A DNA stretch of 63,401 bases, counting the filler, from Octopus bimaculoides (Eukaryota): NCBI RefSeq assembly GCF_001194135.2. It is 5 parts of 4 records of this genome, joined end to end, with 100 filler letters (N's around TTAATTAATTAA, not from the genome) between each part and the next. Parts side by side here need not be neighbours in the genome. Positions count along the whole stretch, not along the records: positions 24,478 to 39,241 come from NC_068994.1; 4 more parts are not named here. One strand, written 5' to 3'. The notes under the pieces were generated by a model. The model had not been told where the DNA came from and made no database searches. It saw nothing but the letters and a program-made list of their open reading frames with translations. The stretch's first letter is position 1, and every line of letters begins with the position of its first letter. The translations under genes and the position numbers were made by a program. Shown piece after piece: positions 25,009 to 38,023 of the stretch.

Positions 25009-25240
25009 CCACTGAAAGATCACTCAAGCCATTAACATGAAGTCACTCAACAACGCTCTCCTGTCTCTGCTCCACTAGCCTGTCGTCTGCTCTTTCTTTT
25101 CTATTAATACTACGGTAGCCTCCCGCTTCTCGGAGCAAGTTAACCTCTTAGTCACCTCCACTCAAAGATTCTTAGCTCTCTTCGTCTCCTGTCACCCAAA
25201 TTTATTTACCACAACCATCCAAATCGCCATCTTGCAAACC
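25009..25240 (-). promoter_or_regulatory. Probable SHP2 5' UTR / core promoter region with YY1-type motif CAAGATGGCG (25225-25234)
   Basis: Unique, relatively CpG-containing sequence directly upstream of the exon-1 ATG. AAGATGGCG motifs typically sit near animal transcription starts. Confidence 0.5.
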
Positions 25241-27068
25241 AAGCGAATAAAATTATAATATGAAGAAAAAAAAACCCTTTTTTCCACATTGAACATTTCT
25301 GGAGGAAAAAAAACTGTATCAAAAAACATCTCCTAATATTCTTTTCTACTCTTGGCACAGGCCCGAAATTTTGGGGGAAGGGGCAATCGATTAGATCGAC
25401 TCCAGTATCCAACTGGTACTTAATTNNNNNNNNNNNNNNNNNNNNNNNNNNNNNNNNNNNNNNNNNNNNNNNNNNNNNNNNNNNNNNNNNNNNNNNNNNN
25501 NNNNNNNNNNNNNNNNNNNNNNNNNNNNNNNNNNNNNNNNNNNNNNNNNNNNNNNNNNNNNNNNNNNNNNNNNNNNNNNNNNNNNNNNNNNNNNNNNNNN
25601 NNNNNNNNNNNNNNNNNNNNNNNNNNNNNNNNNNNNNNNNNNNNNNNNNNNNNNNNNNNNNNNNNNNNNNNNNNNNNNNNNNNNNNNNNNNNNNNNNNNN
25701 NNNNNNNNNNNNNNNNNNNNNNNNNNNNNNNNNNNNNNNNNNNNNNNNNNNNNNNNNNNNNNNNNNNNNNNNNNNNNNNNNNNNNNNNNNNNNNNNNNNN
25801 NNNNNNNNNNNNNNNNNNNNNNNNNNNNNNNNNNNNNNNNNNNNNNNNNNNNNNNNNNNNNNNNNNNNNNNNNNNNNNNNNNNNNNNNNNNNNNNNNNNN
25901 NNNNNNNNNNNNNNNNNNNNNNNNNNNNNNNNNNNNNNNNNNNNNNNNNNNNNNNNNNNNNNNNNNNNNNNNNNNNNNNNNNNNNNNNNNNNNNNNNNNN
26001 NNNNNNNNNNNNNNNNNNNNNNNNNNNNNNNNNNNNNNNNNNNNNNNNNNNNNNNNNNNNNNNNNNNNNNNNNNNNNNNNNNNNNNNNNNNNNNNNNNNN
26101 NNNNNNNNNNNNNNNNNNNNNNNNNNNNNNNNNNNNNNNNNNNNNNNNNNNNNNNNNNNNNNNNNNNNNNNNNNNNNNNNNNNNNNNNNNNNNNNNNNNN
26201 NNNNNNNNNNNNNNNNNNNNNNNNNNNNNNNNNNNNNNNNNNNNNNNNNNNNNNNNNNNNNNNNNNNNNNNNNNNNNNNNNNNNNNNNNNNNNNNNNNNN
26301 NNNNNNNNNNNNNNNNNNNNNNNNNNNNNNNNNNNNNNNNNNNNNNCTATCTATCTATCTATCTATCTCTTCCCTTGTCATCATTAAAGAACACAGCACT
26401 TATTGCGTCCATAGCTAAAAAAAGACATGACCGTTACTGTTGTTTTGGGACGGGTCCCAACGTCTCGATTTTGTGTTTCAAGTTCGTGTTGTTTCATTTT
26501 ATTTATCTCACAAAAGTCACGACACAAAAAAAAACCGAGATCAGAACTTCTCGTTTCCTCCTGCTCCAGCTATTTCTTCTACTTCTTCTGTTTCTATTCC
26601 TCCTACTCTTTCCGAGTCTCGTAGTTAAACGAAACCTGTGTTGCTAACAAGCGCAGTAAATGAATTTGTGATCAGCTCGTAACAGGATGATTCTGTGATA
26701 GCGCTTCTTTTAGGTCTCTTGGAGAGAAAGATACTATTAATCTCACAATTTATTATTCCATTTTATATCTCCTCGATATCGTGATAAATATGTAAATAAA
26801 TACATGGCTAGGTCTTTTGTCTAACCTTAAGTTCTGAGTTCAAATCACGCTGAGATCAATTTTTTCCTTTCAAACATTCGTGATTGATAAAAAAAAAAGT
26901 ATTGAGATGAGAATCGATAAAACCTGTAACGAGATGAGGATCGATATAATTTGCTGTCCTCATCCAATACCGGATTTCTGGTCTTGTACCAAAGTTAGAA
27001 ATCAGTATCGCTTGACCAACTTTGATATCACGTTCGTATTTTCATCGCCTGACCAACACAAGAAGCAC

Positions 27069-27221
27069 CATCAGGTGAGCATCAGATGACCATCAGATAA
27101 CCATCAGATGACAGTCAGCTGAACATCAGATGACTATTGGATGACAATCAGATCACTATCAGGTGACCATCAGATGATCAACAGATAATCATCAGATGAC
27201 CGTCAGATGACCATCAGCTGC
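27069..27221. repeat. 11-bp minisatellite (CATCAGATGAC), 14 units
   Basis: Units fall every 11 bp from 27072 to 27215 without indels. Confidence 0.95.
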
Positions 27222-28012
27222 TCATAAATATTAACAGCATTACAACCAAGGCATCCCTCAGCAACACCCTACTAACAGCAACATTGTCATGAACCAAAAT
27301 CGATATTGACCCCATGGCAACCAGCACTACATCTCCACCAGCACGACACTACCATCAACATTATCATCAACTTGTCACGCCGGACAAAATACTTAGCGGC
27401 ATTTCGTCCGTTTTACGTTCTAAGTTCAAATTCCTCTGCGATCGATTTTGCCTTTCATCATTTCAGGGCCGATTAAACAAAGTATCAGTTGAACACTGGG
27501 GTCGATGTAATCGACGACCCCCCGCCTCCTCTCCCCAAATTTCAGGCCTTGTGCCTATGACCCTACCGCCAACAACAACACCCCACCATCGCTCGACCAA
27601 TTCTCTACTATTCCGACTATTAATGCAGTAAATACCATTACGACTGCCGTATCCTACTGCAGTCCTACTGCCATTCTGCTGCAATCTTACTGCCATTCTA
27701 TATTATCCTACTGCTATCTCCGACTCCCATCCTCTGCTGTTGGTTTCTTCCACGAGTGGGGGGGGACCCTCTACGTAGTCGATTGACCGGTTAGAAGTAG
27801 CAGTCAAATTTCTCTCCATTTTACACTATAGCGTTGTTGTAGTAAAGAAAGACGATATTGCAGTACTGTACCAAGGAGTAAAACTAGAGGGTCATGCATG
27901 GAATGTCTCGAACAGGACTGACCTAGGATTCAGCAACGAGAAAGACTGCAACAGCAACCGCAACATACACGCGCTGACATGGATGTATTATGAATATATT
28001 TATGTGTGCGCG

Positions 28013-28097
<85 letters not shown>

Positions 28098-28524
28098 ATT
28101 GATCGAAGTGTACAGCATTATATATAAATTACAGCCGATTTTACCAATCGGTTTCCGCTATGGATTCAACAGTGTGTTAAGTAACAGCCCGATTATGTAA
28201 CCCTGCACTCGTCAGAGGTAACCGTTAATATATAGATGATGGTAGTCTCCAATAGTCCGAGAAAGATAGTTCTGCACTTACGATTCGTTTGTAGTGGTCA
28301 AATGTATGTGTTGTACATTAGCTTATACCCTCCATCAAATCGACGTTGTCTGAACGGACATACGGTGTACAACACGTCAGATGTCGAGGTGATTGTCGAG
28401 CAACGTGAGATGAAGTTCTTTGTTCACGAACACAATGCATCACACGCTCCAGGAATTGAAATCATGATTTCACGATCGTGAGTTTAACGGTCTGTCACAC
28501 ACACACGCACACACACACACACAT

Positions 28525-28562
<38 letters not shown>

Positions 28563-29619
28563 TATATATTTATATAACTCTTTAACTTGTTTATACACAT
28601 ATACATAANNNNNNNNNNNNNNNNNNNNNNNNNNNNNNNNNNNNNNNNNNNNNNNNNNNNNNNNNNNNNNNNNNNNNNNNNNNNNNNNNNNNNNNNNNNN
28701 NNNNNNNNNNNNNNNNNNNNNNNNNNNNNNNNNNNNNNNNNNNNNNNNNNNNNNNNNNNNNNNNNNNNNNNNNNNNNNNNNNNNNNNNNNNNNNNNNNNN
28801 NNNNNNNNNNNNNNNNNNNNNNNNNNNNNNNNNNNNNNNNNNNNNNNNNNNNNNNNNNNNNNNNNNNNNNNNNNNNNNNNNNNNNNNNNNNNNNNNNNNN
28901 NNNNNNNNNNNNNNNNNNNNNNNNNNNNNNNNNNNNNNNNNNNNNNNNNNNNNNNNNNNNNNNNNNNNNNNNNNNNNNNNNNNNNNNNNNNNNNNNNNNN
29001 NNNNNNNNNNNNNNNNNNNNNNNNNNNNNNNNNNNNNNNNNNNNNNNNNNNNNNNNNNNNNNNNNNNNNNNNNNNNNNNNNNNNNNNNNNNNNNNNNNNN
29101 NNNNNNNNNNNNNNNNNNNNNNNNNNNNNNNNNNNNNGTGTGTGCAACAAGCCAGTGGTGAGTTCACTATTTTTCTCATGAAATATCTGTAAAAAAAAAA
29201 ACAAAGCAATAACTATAAAATAGTTAACAGTTATAAAAAAAAAAACCCCAGTTAATAGGTTAGACAGAGCAGCATCTGTTGATTGACATTCACTTTTATC
29301 AAATGAACATACATCATTTGTTAAGAGCAAAATATGTTTTATAGGAATTTAGGATAAAAACAAAAATTGCAGTTGCGATGTTAGTATTTGGTCGTTTGTT
29401 TTTATTGTTGTTTGGAGGAGAAGAACAAAAAGGGTTGAAGCATTCAAAGATTTCCTAGGTTTTATCAAAAGAAAACAAGAAAAAACAAATGCGAAACTAC
29501 GGCTTAAAATCTCGTGATGAGATATTTGCATGACATGTCAGTCAGACATTAACGGTGATATATTTTTCCTTTGAAATTTATAGGAAATAATTGCATTGTG
29601 GAGAGTCATGACAGCCGTT

Positions 29620-29720
29620 TAAAACACACCAGAGAGAAGCCACATGGTGGTCGATCGACTAGCGAGAAATAGCAACTAAATTTCCCTTAGAATTATACCC
29701 TGTAGCCTTGAAAGCAAGAA
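29620..29720 (+). repeat. Short interspersed repeat family F (GAAATAGCAGCTAAATCT core)
   Basis: Related segments at about 21340-21440, 27770-27860, 33120-33210, 33430-33540. Confidence 0.5.
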
Positions 29721-29994
29721 AGAAAGAGTGAGTGACGGAGTGAATGAGTGAACGAATAGAGATTTTAGATAAAGAGAGGTGATAGACAGAGTGAAAAGCA
29801 CATTAGATAATGTACTGTATATATCACCGTTAATATATATACATACATGCATAATATATTATACATATATATAGGTGTGTATGCATGTAAACACATACAC
29901 ACACACATACTCGAATACATGTATGTATGAACCAATAAGAGACAGAAAGAGAGAGAGAGATCTAGCGTAGCAACATCTAACTGAAATAGCATCT

Positions 29995-30364
29995 GTTGTT
30001 GTTGGTACTCCGTCGCTTACGACGACGAGGGTACTAGTTGATCCGATCAACAGAACAGCCTGCTCGTGAAATTAACGTGCAAGTGGCTGAGCACTCCACA
30101 GACACGTGAAGGATATTCAGCATGACACAGAGTGAAACAAGGCTGGCCCTCTGAATTACAGGCACAACAGAAACAGGAAGTAAGAGTGAGAGAAAGTTGT
30201 GGTGAAAGAGTACAGCATGGTTCACCACCATCCTCTGCCGGAGCCTCGTGGAGCTTTAGGTGTTTTCGCTCAATAAACACTCACAACGCCCGGTCTGGGA
30301 ATCGAAACCGCGATCCTACGACCGCGAGTCCGCTGCCCTAACCACTGAGCCATTGCGCCTCCAC
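29995..30364 (-). mobile_element. Young tRNA-derived SINE (family C) with (CAA)n tail
   Basis: Box A/B-like head GGAGGCGCAATGGCTCAGTGG..GGTTTCGATTCC. Perfect 12-bp target duplication GAAATAGCATCT (29983-29994, 30365-30376). Highly similar to 44271-44851. Confidence 0.92.
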
Positions 30365-30784
30365 GAAATAGCATCTAATTCTTCTTTAAATTATACACAA
30401 TTGTGTCAGAGCCAACAATGGGTGCCTCCGCATAGTATTCTTGAATGTTAGAAAGAATAACCAAATTTCCCTCCTTCTTTGCATGATCCAAAAAAAGCAA
30501 CTGACAATGCGTGTTAATTAGCCACAACAGCCAGCTCTGGCTCGAATCACGCCTTTTCGTTTCCTACGCGAACCCCGCCCAGGTACATCTTCGAGAAAAC
30601 TGTAAAGTGACAAAGAATCGTTAGAATGTCAGAAAAAATGGAATGCCTGCGCTAACTTAGCCGGTTGCGGCCGTTTAGGTTCTTAGTTCAAATCTTGCTC
30701 AGGTAAATATTATTTCTCATCCTTCCGAGGAAGAGATCGATAAAATAAAATATTATCTTATTTTTGTTTTTCATTTTTTTAAAT

Positions 30785-30926
30785 CTTTTACTTGTTTCAG
30801 TCGTGAACTGCGGCCATACTGGAGCACTGCCTTGAAGGGTTTATCCGGACAAATCGCTCCCAGTACTTATATCAATTTTTTTTTTAAAGTCTGGTACTTA
30901 TTCTATCGGTCTCTTTTGATAAACCG

Positions 30927-30975
<49 letters not shown>

Positions 30976-31100
30976 ATGGACTTCCATACAGTTTCCCTCC
31001 AAATTCATTCAAAAGTCTTCTGCCGGCTCTGGGCTTTGGCAGAAGACGCTTGCCTAAGGTACTGCGCAGTAGGATTGAACTCTAAACCACGTGGTTGTGA
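30785..31100 (-). mobile_element. SINE family A copy with (TA)n core
   Basis: Colinear with 18716-19095. Confidence 0.8.
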
Positions 31101-32514
31101 AGATAATTAAATATTGGGATTGATCCTTAGAAGATCAAATTGTATCGTTCTAGATTCTGAGATGTGGTTATCGATCACCATATAAATACAATCCGAAACA
31201 ATGGTAATTTGTGTTAATGTAAATTGCTCAGAATGACTTTGTGTGTATCGGACATTTCCTGTATGACTTATGACGTCATATCCGGTGCAGTCCTCTCGCT
31301 GTTTCTCTAAGCATCAACAAAATTAGTTTTAAATGAGCCAGTTTCCTCATCAACCCCTGCCCGGTAGATGTGCAAAAGGTGTTTGGGATAGGTAAGTAGC
31401 AATCTTTACTAGGAAGCTTACTCATGAGTTATCAGCTTTCTCCTCTGTAAATGGGAAGTGGCATAAAACGGAGCCAAGTTATGCAATTCTTAGCTTTAAG
31501 GATTCTTGAAAGGGTTAAACTGTTGTTTCGTGTGTACGTGTGTGTGTGTATGTGCACATACATACATACATATAAATATGTATGTATGTATATATGCATG
31601 TATATATATATATANNNNNNNNNNNNNNNNNNNNNNNNNNNNNNNNNNNNNNNNNNNNNNNNNNNNNNNNNNNNNNNNNNNNNNNNNNNNNNNNNNNNNN
31701 NNNNNNNNNNNNNNNNNNNNNNNNNNNNNNNNNNNNNNNNNNNNNNNNNNNNNNNNNNNNNNNNNNNNNNNNNNNNNNNNNNNNNNNNNNNNNNNNNNNN
31801 NNNNNNNNNNNNNNNNNNNNNNNNNNNNNNNNNNNNNNNNNNNNNNNNNNNNNNNNNNNNNNNNNNNNNNNNNNNNNNNNNNNNNNNNNNNNNNNNNNNN
31901 NNNNNNNNNNNNNNNNNNNNNNNNNNNNNNNNNNNNNNNNNNNNNNNNNNNNNNNNNNNNNNNNNNNNNNNNNNNNNNNNNNNNNNNNNNNNNNNNNNNN
32001 NNNNNNNNNNNNNNNNNNNNNNNNNNNNNNNNNNNNNNNNNNNNNNNNNNNNNNNNNNNNNNNNNNNNNNNNNNNNNNNNNNNNNNNNNNNNNNNNNNNN
32101 NNNNNNNNNNNNNNNNNNNNNNNNNNNNNNNNNNNNNNNNNNNNNNNNNNNNNNNNNNNNNNNNNNNNNNNNNNNNNNNNNNNNNNNNNNNNNNNNNNNN
32201 NNNNNNNNNNNNNNNNNNNNNNNNNNNNNNNNNNNNNNNNNNNNNNNNNNNNNNNNNNNNNNNNNNNNNNNNNNNNNNNNNNNNNNNNNNNNNNNNNNNN
32301 NNNNNNNNNNNNNNNNNNNNNNNNNNNNNNNNNNNNNNNNNNNNNNNNNNNNNNNNNNNNNNNNNNNNNNNNNNNNNNNNNNNNNNNNNNNNNNNNNNNN
32401 NNNNNNNNNNNNNNNNNNNNNNNNNNNNNNNCACCTAGGCCGACTTTGCATTTCGTCCTTTCGAGATCGATAAAATAAAAGTATCAGTTGAGCACTGGGG
32501 GTCGATGAAATCGA

Positions 32515-32704
32515 CTTGCATACATACATACATACATGCCTGCATGCATACATACATACATACAGACATACAGACATACATACATACATACATACATACA
32601 TACATACATACATGCATGCCTACATACATGCATGCATACATACATATATACATACATACATACATATATACATACATACATACATACATGCATGCATACA
32701 TACA

Positions 32705-32735
<31 letters not shown>
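32515..32735. repeat. (TACA)n microsatellite with TGCA/TATA/GACA variants
   Basis: Direct reading. Confidence 0.95.
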
Positions 32736-32736
<1 letters not shown>

Positions 32737-33605
32737 GACAACGGGCTTCCACACCGTTTCCGTCTCACATAGCATCAAAAGGCATTGGTCGGCCCGGAGC
32801 TATAGTAGAAGACACTTGCCCAAGGTGCCACGCAGTGGAACTGAACCCAAAACCACGTGGTTACATAGCGAATTTCTAAGCTACAAGGAGAAGTTTCCAT
32901 CTGTATGGAATTATGAAATATTTCATGCGTGAATGTACGTTGAATTTTCCGTATGTGTATGGATATTTCAGTCGTATATATGGATGTGGAATTTTGCGTA
33001 TTTGTATTTTTATGGAATTTTCTCGTAGCTGTATAAATTGACTCTGGAAAAAACCTGACCATGCCGTGAAGCATTTCTTAAAGATGCTTTGAAAACATGA
33101 ACTATTTCGAACATCTTTGTGGTTGCTTGACTCTAAAGAAATAATAGCTCAATCTACACCACGTTACATCATCACCAGCTCACCTTCTAATCTTTAAAAA
33201 CTGGCACATTTGTAAATATAACCTGAGGTAGACTATGTCTGATTAAAAGACAGGGGTATTCATGGCCTTGGTTAGAATGATTTTGATCATAAGTCTATTT
33301 GAATAGGATAATCTTGAATTAAAGAACAAGTCAATAGGGAAGCCATTATGTGGCCACATAAAATATTAGAAATAACAAAATAGAGAAAAACGTGAGTGAA
33401 ACGATAACAACGTCAAAAAAACTAATAGGGAAGCTTCTACGTGGTCATACAAAATGCTTGAAATAGCTGACATATCTCCCGCAAATCCCGCCCAATCATC
33501 TTGAAAACGAAAAACCTATTGGACATTAGTTCTAGGATTGCCACGGCTGCTCGATCTGCATTGTTTATTTAACGCTAAACAACAACAGCAACTACTACTA
33601 CTACA

Positions 33606-33645
<40 letters not shown>

Positions 33646-34719
33646 AAGTTTACCTGGTTGAGTAATCAGTCAAAGGCGGTAAGTTGACGGAACTGTTAAA
33701 AGACCAGACGACATGACTTGTGATATCTTTGCATTCAGACAGCGACGCCTATAATAATACTAGTGCCAGGGCAGTAGCCTTTTATTTGATTAAACTTCTA
33801 TGGCGTGGATACATAGGCAACTGGTCGTCTTCCCTAAAAAAAGAAAATCTTCTCCAGGATTGCACATATGTGTGCAGATGTGTGGTCACCATTGACAGGG
33901 AGTGTCCTTAAGAAAAGTTAAGTGGACTGGAGAGGTTCAGATTTAGGTGGTGGCCTTCCTTACTCCGGACCATAATAGTAACCTTTGCCCCTGGTTCTCG
34001 TCACTGAAGGCTACTCTAAACAGGGTTATTATAAAATTCAATATGGCGGTAAATATTCAAAAATAGTTGCAATAATCTACATTTACTCTTCGACAAATAA
34101 TATATTTTGGTTACTATCAAACATGGCGGCGTCGTAACAGAAATGAAAAAAATATTAAATTTTCTAGCATGTCATCAATCTTTGATGAGAAACAATGAAA
34201 GATACATCATTCGTTCCTATTTTTCTTTTCTTCGCTCTCTCTCCCTCTCTCTTTCTCTCTCTCTCTGTATTTCTTTCTCTCTCTCTCTCTCATTATCTAT
34301 CTATATTTCTCTTTGTCTTTTGTCTATTTCTTTCTCTCTCTCTAACATTCCCTTTCTTTCTAAATCTACCTCGATCTTCCACTCAGTCACTAACCATCTC
34401 CATTTCTCTATCTTTCTTTCCCCACCTTCATATACATATATATACACACATACATATATCACTTTATCTTTATTCATCTCTTTTTTACTCTCTCTCTATT
34501 CTCTTTCACCTCTCTCTCTCCCTCTCTCCTCTCAGTAAATTAATCACTCTGTCTACCTTTCTTTCATTGTCTCCGTATTTATCTTGTCATCTTACAGTTA
34601 TTTATATTTATTCTGTCTTTCTGTTTCTAAGCTCGTCTTCATACCTTACTCCTGTTATACTTGTTACTATATAACTTCGTCGTTAACTAAGTTGTATTGT
34701 CACTATTATCATGTTCATT

Positions 34720-37700
34720 AAGGCAGCAGGCTGGCAGAATCGTTAGCACAACGGGGGAAAATGCTCAACGGCATGTCGTCTGTCTTTACGTTCTGAGTTC
34801 AAATTCCTCCGAGGTCGACTTTGCCTTTCATCCTTTTAGAGTCGATAAAATAAGTACCAGTTGCGTACTGGAGGTCGATGTAATCGACTAGCCCACTCCA
34901 CCAAAATTTCAGACCTTGTGCCGTTAGTAGAAAGAATTATTATCATCATCGTTATTAACTTCATTAAGGTAACGAGCTGATAAAATCGTTAACTGCCCGG
35001 ACAAATTGCCTAGCGGCATTTCTTCCGGCTCTTCACGTTTTGAGTTCAAGTTCCGCCCAAGTTCAACATAGCTTTTCACCCGTTCGGAGTTGATAAAATA
35101 AGTCTCAGTCGATCTTGGGTCAATATAACCAAACAACCCTCTCCCAAAACATTTCAGGCCTTGCGCCAATTCTAGAAAGTATTATTATCATTATTAACTT
35201 GAGGTGGTGAGCTGGCATGATCGTTCGCCTTTAGCAGCGTTTCCCCTGACTCTTTACCTTATGAATTCAAATTCTGCTGAGGTCATCGTTACCTTTCATC
35301 CTTTCGGGGTCGATAAAATAAAGTACAAGTCAACTGCTGGAGCCAGTGTAAATAGACTTATCCTGCTCCCATTCCATATTGCTTCATTACTGAGGCAGCG
35401 AGTTAGAAGAATCGTCAGAGCGGCAGGGAAGAAAAAAAACGCTTTGTGGTTTTGTTCTAGCTTTTTACTTTCTGAGCTCTAATCACACCGGAGACAACTT
35501 TGCCTTTCACCGATCCAAAATACAGGGTGTCCACAAGGTCTGGGTACATGGAGTAAATAAAATCGTAACATAAACAATTAAATATAAGAAATAATAATTT
35601 CTTAAAGTATGTGTTAATCCCCATGTACCCAGACTTTGTGGATACCCTGTAGATTAAAGAAAGTACCATTCAAACATGGAGTCGATGGTGTCGACTGCTG
35701 GCCGTGTACCTAATTCAGAAATTCCTTTTATTTCCCTTATTTAGCGTAAGACGGGTAAATCAGTATTGCCGCCATTAAATGTCTTGCAACATTTAAATAC
35801 CTCTCTACGTTTTGAGATCAAACGCCACCAAGATCAGCCTTATCTATATCCCCAGGGGTCGATAAAATAGGTACTAGTTATATACTGAGGTCTTTTTTTT
35901 ATTATTCTGTACTTCATCCCACCTCCAAAAACAGTATTTGGGCCTTATGACAATGTAGAACCTTATTATTATTATTATCATGATTACTGGCAGATACGTT
36001 ACCGCGTTGGACGAAATGCTTAGAAGTATTTCTGAGTTCAAATGCCGCCGAGGTCGACTTTGTCTTTCATCCTTTCGAGGTGGAATATTGGAATCGATGT
36101 AATTGCCTAACCCTTTCCACAAAATTTCAGGCCCTTGTGCCTATAGTAGAAAGAACTATTACTAAAGGCAAGGAAGGTGGGTTGGTGGGATCGTTAAAAC
36201 ATCCGGCTGGCTACGTTTTGCGCTCGAAATCCTGCCACGTTCAAATCTTGACCTTTAACCTTTCGGGATCGATAAAATAAGTACCAGTCAAATATTGGGA
36301 CCGATGGCATCAGCTAACCGCACCATCAAAATTACTGGCCTTGTGCTAAAAGTAGGAATTGCTATTATTAAAACAGGCGACGAACCGGCAGAAACGTAAG
36401 GGCTTCGGACCAAATGCTTCGATATTTGTTCTGACTCTTTAAATTAGAAACTTTTATTTAGAGGGCAATGGACATTACAATTAGAATTATTAGTGATGGC
36501 TTAAATACCGTTATTTGATGGCATAAAAAACAGATGATCATATTAGATCCACCCCAATTTCACCAGCTTACATTCGGGTATAAAAATGTTTTAGAGCATT
36601 AAAGCTTTTGGGAGGCTCGACTTCACATATAGGACCCGAGGTGAGTTTTTGAAGATATTTGGGGGGAAACCAAAAACCGCATCTTGTATGTCATCGAATT
36701 CGGTAGGTTGCACAGCAGTTTTTAGCTTCGTTCCTTAAAGATTCCAACTTCAAATCCTAGTGAGATTGACATTGTCTTTTACTCGTCGGGGATTCATAAC
36801 AAAAATACCAGTAATGTAATGAGGTAAAATCTTAATTGACTACTGCATCATGGCCACGATCACCACCTATACCAAAATATACGGCAATGCACCAATTTAA
36901 GATATGATTAAATATTGAACAGGTGGAGTCGGTGAGCTGGCAGAATCTTTAGAGCGTCAGATAAAAGCTTTATTCACTTTATTATTATTAATTTTTTTTG
37001 GGGGGGAGGGGGTCGAATTTGCTCCGTACCTTAATGTTCTGAGTTCAACTCCCACCAAGGTCAACTTTTATCCTTTCGCGGCTGATTAAATAAAGTACAG
37101 ATCAAGCACTGAGTATCAACTAACACTCATCCCCGTCCCCCCTTTACACACACACATCTATACATCCATATCTATACATACATATCTTGAACTACTTGTG
37201 GCAAAATTTGTAACTATTATTTGCTTCAGTAATTAAGGCGGCGAGCTGGGTGAATCGTTAGAGCGGCGGCGGCCAAACAATTTTCACATATTTGTTCCGG
37301 TTCATTATGTACTAAGTTCAAATCTCGCCCATGTCAACTTTGTCTTTCATCTTTTCACGGTCGATAAAGTAAGTACCAGTTAAGTACTTCAGTTGATAGA
37401 ATCGACTAACCCCTTTCCCTTAAAAATTGCTGAACTTTTGGCTAAAATTAGAAAGCATAACTAACTAAGTTACGGAAAGGTAAGAATAGAAGAGTATTAC
37501 AAATTTTAAAAAAAACGGCATATTTAATTACGTCTCTCTGAGTTCGAATTCTATTTGGTTCCAGTTTAACTTTCGTCCTTTCAGAATAGAGATAATACAA
37601 ATTTTAGTGAAATATTGATCAAGGAATCGTTCGATCGATTACAAATCGACTACGTCTTTGTTCTAAAATAAATTTTTGTTTGTTGCTTGTATTGGAAATC

Positions 37701-37930
37701 AATTGTAATATTCTACGCATTTTTATTGAACAGAATCGTTAACAACGCCGAACAAAATGCTTAGCAGCATTTCGTCCGTCTTTACGTTCTGAATTCTAAT
37801 TCCACCGAGGTCGATTTCGGCTCTCATCCTTTCGTGTTCGATAAAGTAAGTACAAGTTGAGCACTGGAGGTTGATGTAATCGATTTACCCGACTCTGCGA
37901 AAAGTTGCTGGCCTTGTGCCAAAATCTGAA
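34720..37930 (+). mobile_element. Cluster of about 11 same-orientation SINE family B copies
   Basis: Recognisable heads or bodies near 34721, 34966, 35200, 35391, 35745, 35985, 36165, 36372, 36925, 37234, 37520, 37730. Confidence 0.85.
35523..35649. mobile_element. 127-bp Tc1/mariner-type MITE inserted in a SINE
   Basis: 29-bp TIRs CAGGGTGTCCACAAGGTCTGGGTACATGG / CCATGTACCCAGACTTTGTGGATACCCTG (2 mismatches). TA on both sides. AT-rich core. Confidence 0.92.
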
Positions 37931-37972
37931 ACCAATATTTTACACATTTAAATAAATCAATAAATAATTCTT

Positions 37973-38023
<51 letters not shown>

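Larger units (their letters stand above)
1234..25234 (-). other. PTPN11: Gene model span (partial): SHP2 / corkscrew non-receptor tyrosine phosphatase, two SH2 domains plus start of PTP domain; continues beyond position 1
   Basis: Six exons join in frame with canonical splice sites. Coding lengths 14, (missing), 195, 163, 117, 111 and 97 nt, versus human 14, 123, 195, 193, 117, 114 and 97 (human values from memory). Confidence 0.97.

Noticed and set aside
36595-36646. Possible 46-nt + strand exon (AG...GAG|GTGAGT) in unique sequence within the SINE cluster
   Set aside because: Weak polypyrimidine tract, unrecognised peptide, and not phase-compatible with the candidate exon at 31333-31391.
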